DNA of 64,000 nt from Leucoraja erinacea (Eukaryota), in contig NC_073407.1 in NCBI RefSeq assembly GCF_028641065.1, forward strand, positions 20,150,001 to 20,214,000, read 5' to 3'. The notes beneath the pieces were generated by a model, which ran no database searches, was not told the DNA's origin, and saw only the letters and a list, made by a program, of their open reading frames with translations. Of this stretch, positions 62,001-64,000 are shown one piece after another (positions within the stretch are counted from its first letter, which is position 1; every line of letters starts with the position of its first letter). The position numbers and the translations under genes are program-made.

Positions 62001-62907
62001 GACTGTGTGGGTTAATTCCAGTCCATTTTCACTCATTTAGGTTTGGTAATGTAATTTGTGTGTAGAGAGTGGGTCCGCACGTGACACAACATCAAATTAG
62101 GGTGACTGTGTGGGTTAGTTCCAGGTGTTCCATTTTCATCCCACATCCCAAAGTCATTTAGGTTGCTTTGTAAATTAATGTAATTTGCCCCAGTGTGTAG
62201 CGAGTGAATGCGAAAGTAACACAACATCAAATTAGAGTGATCGATGGTCAACATGGACTCGTTGGGCCAAAGGGCCTGTGTCATCTGCAAACTTTGTGAT
62301 ATTACATTTAGTTCTCTCATCCAAAACATTGTTATGTATTGTGAATAGTTGTGCCCAAGCACTGATCCATGCAGCACTCCACTCTATCTGCCACCCAGAT
62401 AAAGACCATTGAGCAGAACATACAGCAGCCTGAAGCTTCACACCACCAAGTTTCGGAACAGTTACTTTTCAACAACCGTCATGTCCTTGAACTAATTTGT
62501 ACAATCCTAATCCTACTTTAATTCCACGGAACTAAACAGATTGCAAACTGAACTATTTACCATGGACTTGTATTCTATTTGTGTATTTTTTGCATTCATG
62601 TCATTTTTTACAGTCTTGAAACATTTTTTGTAGAATGTAAGCTGCTGCCTGTATCCAAACAAACCTTGATGATGAATTTAAATACAAGAATGACAAAGAT
62701 TAAGGCAAATTCTTGCCTTGAATTAAGTGATAGGTTGGCCAGTTTAACCCACTAATGACAAAAACTGTTAGCTGATTTTTCTTTTGTTTCTAGGAAAACA
62801 GGCGCTGAAACAATTGAAAGAATTAAAATTATTGAAGAAGCTTGATAAACAAAGGGCGGAGCAGCAGAGAACAATAGAGGAGCAAATGAAAAAAAAAGAA
62901 CTGAAAG
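58990..62907 (+). CDS. SPOUT1: SPOUT domain-containing methyltransferase 1 (C9orf114/CENP-32), first three coding exons, continues beyond window
   Basis: Exons 58990-59034, 61233-61275, 62794-62907 give MAGEQRPPTRWKGKH-GEMTGPDWKKSKDA-RKQALKQLKELKLLKKLDKQRAEQQRTIEEQMKKKELK. This resembles the human N-terminus (..GEHGQRIEWRKWKQQKKEEKKKWKDLKLMKKLERQRAQEEQ..) with the same intron phases 0,1,1 as recalled, and is syntenic with ENDOG. Confidence 0.8.
61233..61275 (+). CDS. SPOUT1: SPOUT1 exon 2
   Basis: TTCTCTCAG acceptor; GEMTGPDWKKSKDA; GTGAGT donor. Confidence 0.78.
61960..62280 (+). mobile_element. Degenerate HE1/V-SINE-like fragments
   Basis: CCCACATCCCAAAG core and rearranged partial duplicates. 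Confidence 0.5.
62794..62907 (+). CDS. SPOUT1: SPOUT1 exon 3
   Basis: Polypyrimidine+TAG acceptor; KQALKQLKELKLLKKLDKQRAEQQ... Confidence 0.8.
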
Positions 62908-63057
62908 GTACAAAGAAAAGATTCAGAACATTGTAAATATAAGGGTATAATCACTAAAATAACACAAAGCTGCTATATTTTCCAATGTCTACATATTTCT
63001 TCCTATTACGTAACAGTTGAGTGGATGTGCAGAAATGATGCTTCCTTTACAGTCATG

Positions 63058-63590
63058 TTATAGGAGTAGAATTAGGCCATTCGGCCCATCGAGAATACTC
63101 TATTAAATCATGGTTGATCTCTGCCTCCTAATCCCATTTTCCTGCCTTCTCCCCATAACACTTGACACCTGTTCTAATCAAGAATTTGTCTATCTCTGCC
63201 TTAAAAATATCCACTGACTTGGTCTCCACAGCCTGCAATGAGTTCCCAAGATTAACTACCCTCTGACTAAAGATGTTCCTCCTCGCCCCCTTTCTAAAAG
63301 AGCGCTCTTTAATTCTGAGGCTACGACCTCTGGTCCTAGACTCCCACCAGTGGAAACATCCTTTCCACATCCACGCTATGCCTTTCATTATTTTGTAAGT
63401 TTCAATGAGGTTCCCCCTCAACTGCTCATCATATGCTAACCCACTCATTCCGGAATCATTCTTGTAAACTTCCTATGGACCCTCTCCAGAGCCAGCACAT
63501 CCTTCCTCAAATATGAGGCCCAAACTTGCTCGCAGTACTCCAAATGTGACCTGATCAGCACCTAATAGAACCTCAGCATTGCATCTGAGT
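63058..63590 (-). mobile_element. CR1 LINE 3' fragment (older subfamily)
   Basis: ORF 63128-63448 shows LRGNLIETYKIMKG...FSQRVVNL..IFKAEIDKFL, with frameshifts. Confidence 0.85.
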
Positions 63591-64000
63591 CATTATTATG
63601 GAGGAAATTTGGGCATATAGCCCATCTACAGTGTCTTCACTATGATTAATGTTGTAAACATGGGTTGCAAAATGTAGTTATTAAGAAACATGCAATACAT
63701 GTTTGATCAGTAAAATCACCTTTAACAGGGCCAATTGATGCTTGATTATTTTAAAATATATATTTGCAGATTTTCTGTCGTCTGATAATTGTAATTTACA
63801 ATCACATGCTAGAGATATACATGACTTGCAGATTAAACATAAAGTAAATATTCTTTCATCTTAAGTTTAAAATGATTGCTGAAATTTAGGACACTATTTG
63901 AAGATGAGCAGGGATTATCTTACTGTCCATGCCAATAGTTCTCCTTCAACAACACCTAAAATAGATTTTTTCTTGTTGCTGATGGTGAGATCTTCTTGTG

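Noticed and set aside
984-62907. U12-type or non-canonical introns in the four genes
   Set aside because: All mapped introns are GT-AG and none has the GTATCCTT/ATATCCTT donor.

Overview
Eukaryotic (vertebrate) genomic DNA. The repeat content (HE1/V-type SINEs, CR1 with (TATGTTTC)n tails, Penelope-derived foldback elements) suggests a cartilaginous fish, probably a skate or ray; this is inferred. The window holds the conserved ZER1-TBC1D13-ENDOG-SPOUT1 gene block. ZER1 (- strand, 14 coding exons, 984-16155; last exon not found in the window) is head-to-head with TBC1D13 (+, 12 coding exons, 21136-44052, 397 aa). ENDOG (+, 3 exons, 52134-55378, 309 aa) follows, then an N gap (58529-58674), then the first three exons of SPOUT1 (+, from 58990). 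All exons were placed by hand from GT-AG sites and consistent reading phase. Most six-frame ORFs are spurious or TE-derived. The most notable non-genic structure is a ~4 kb head-to-tail array of five non-autonomous Helitron-like elements from three subfamilies in TBC1D13 intron 3; one unit carries duplicated TATA-ETS-Inr-exon-donor modules, and a solo copy with clean A|TC...CTAG|T ends lies at 50517-51077. Also notable: Penelope-derived foldback elements with hammerhead-ribozyme cores, candidate extra exons in the last TBC1D13 intron, and SPOUT1 running in the same direction as ENDOG, unlike human.
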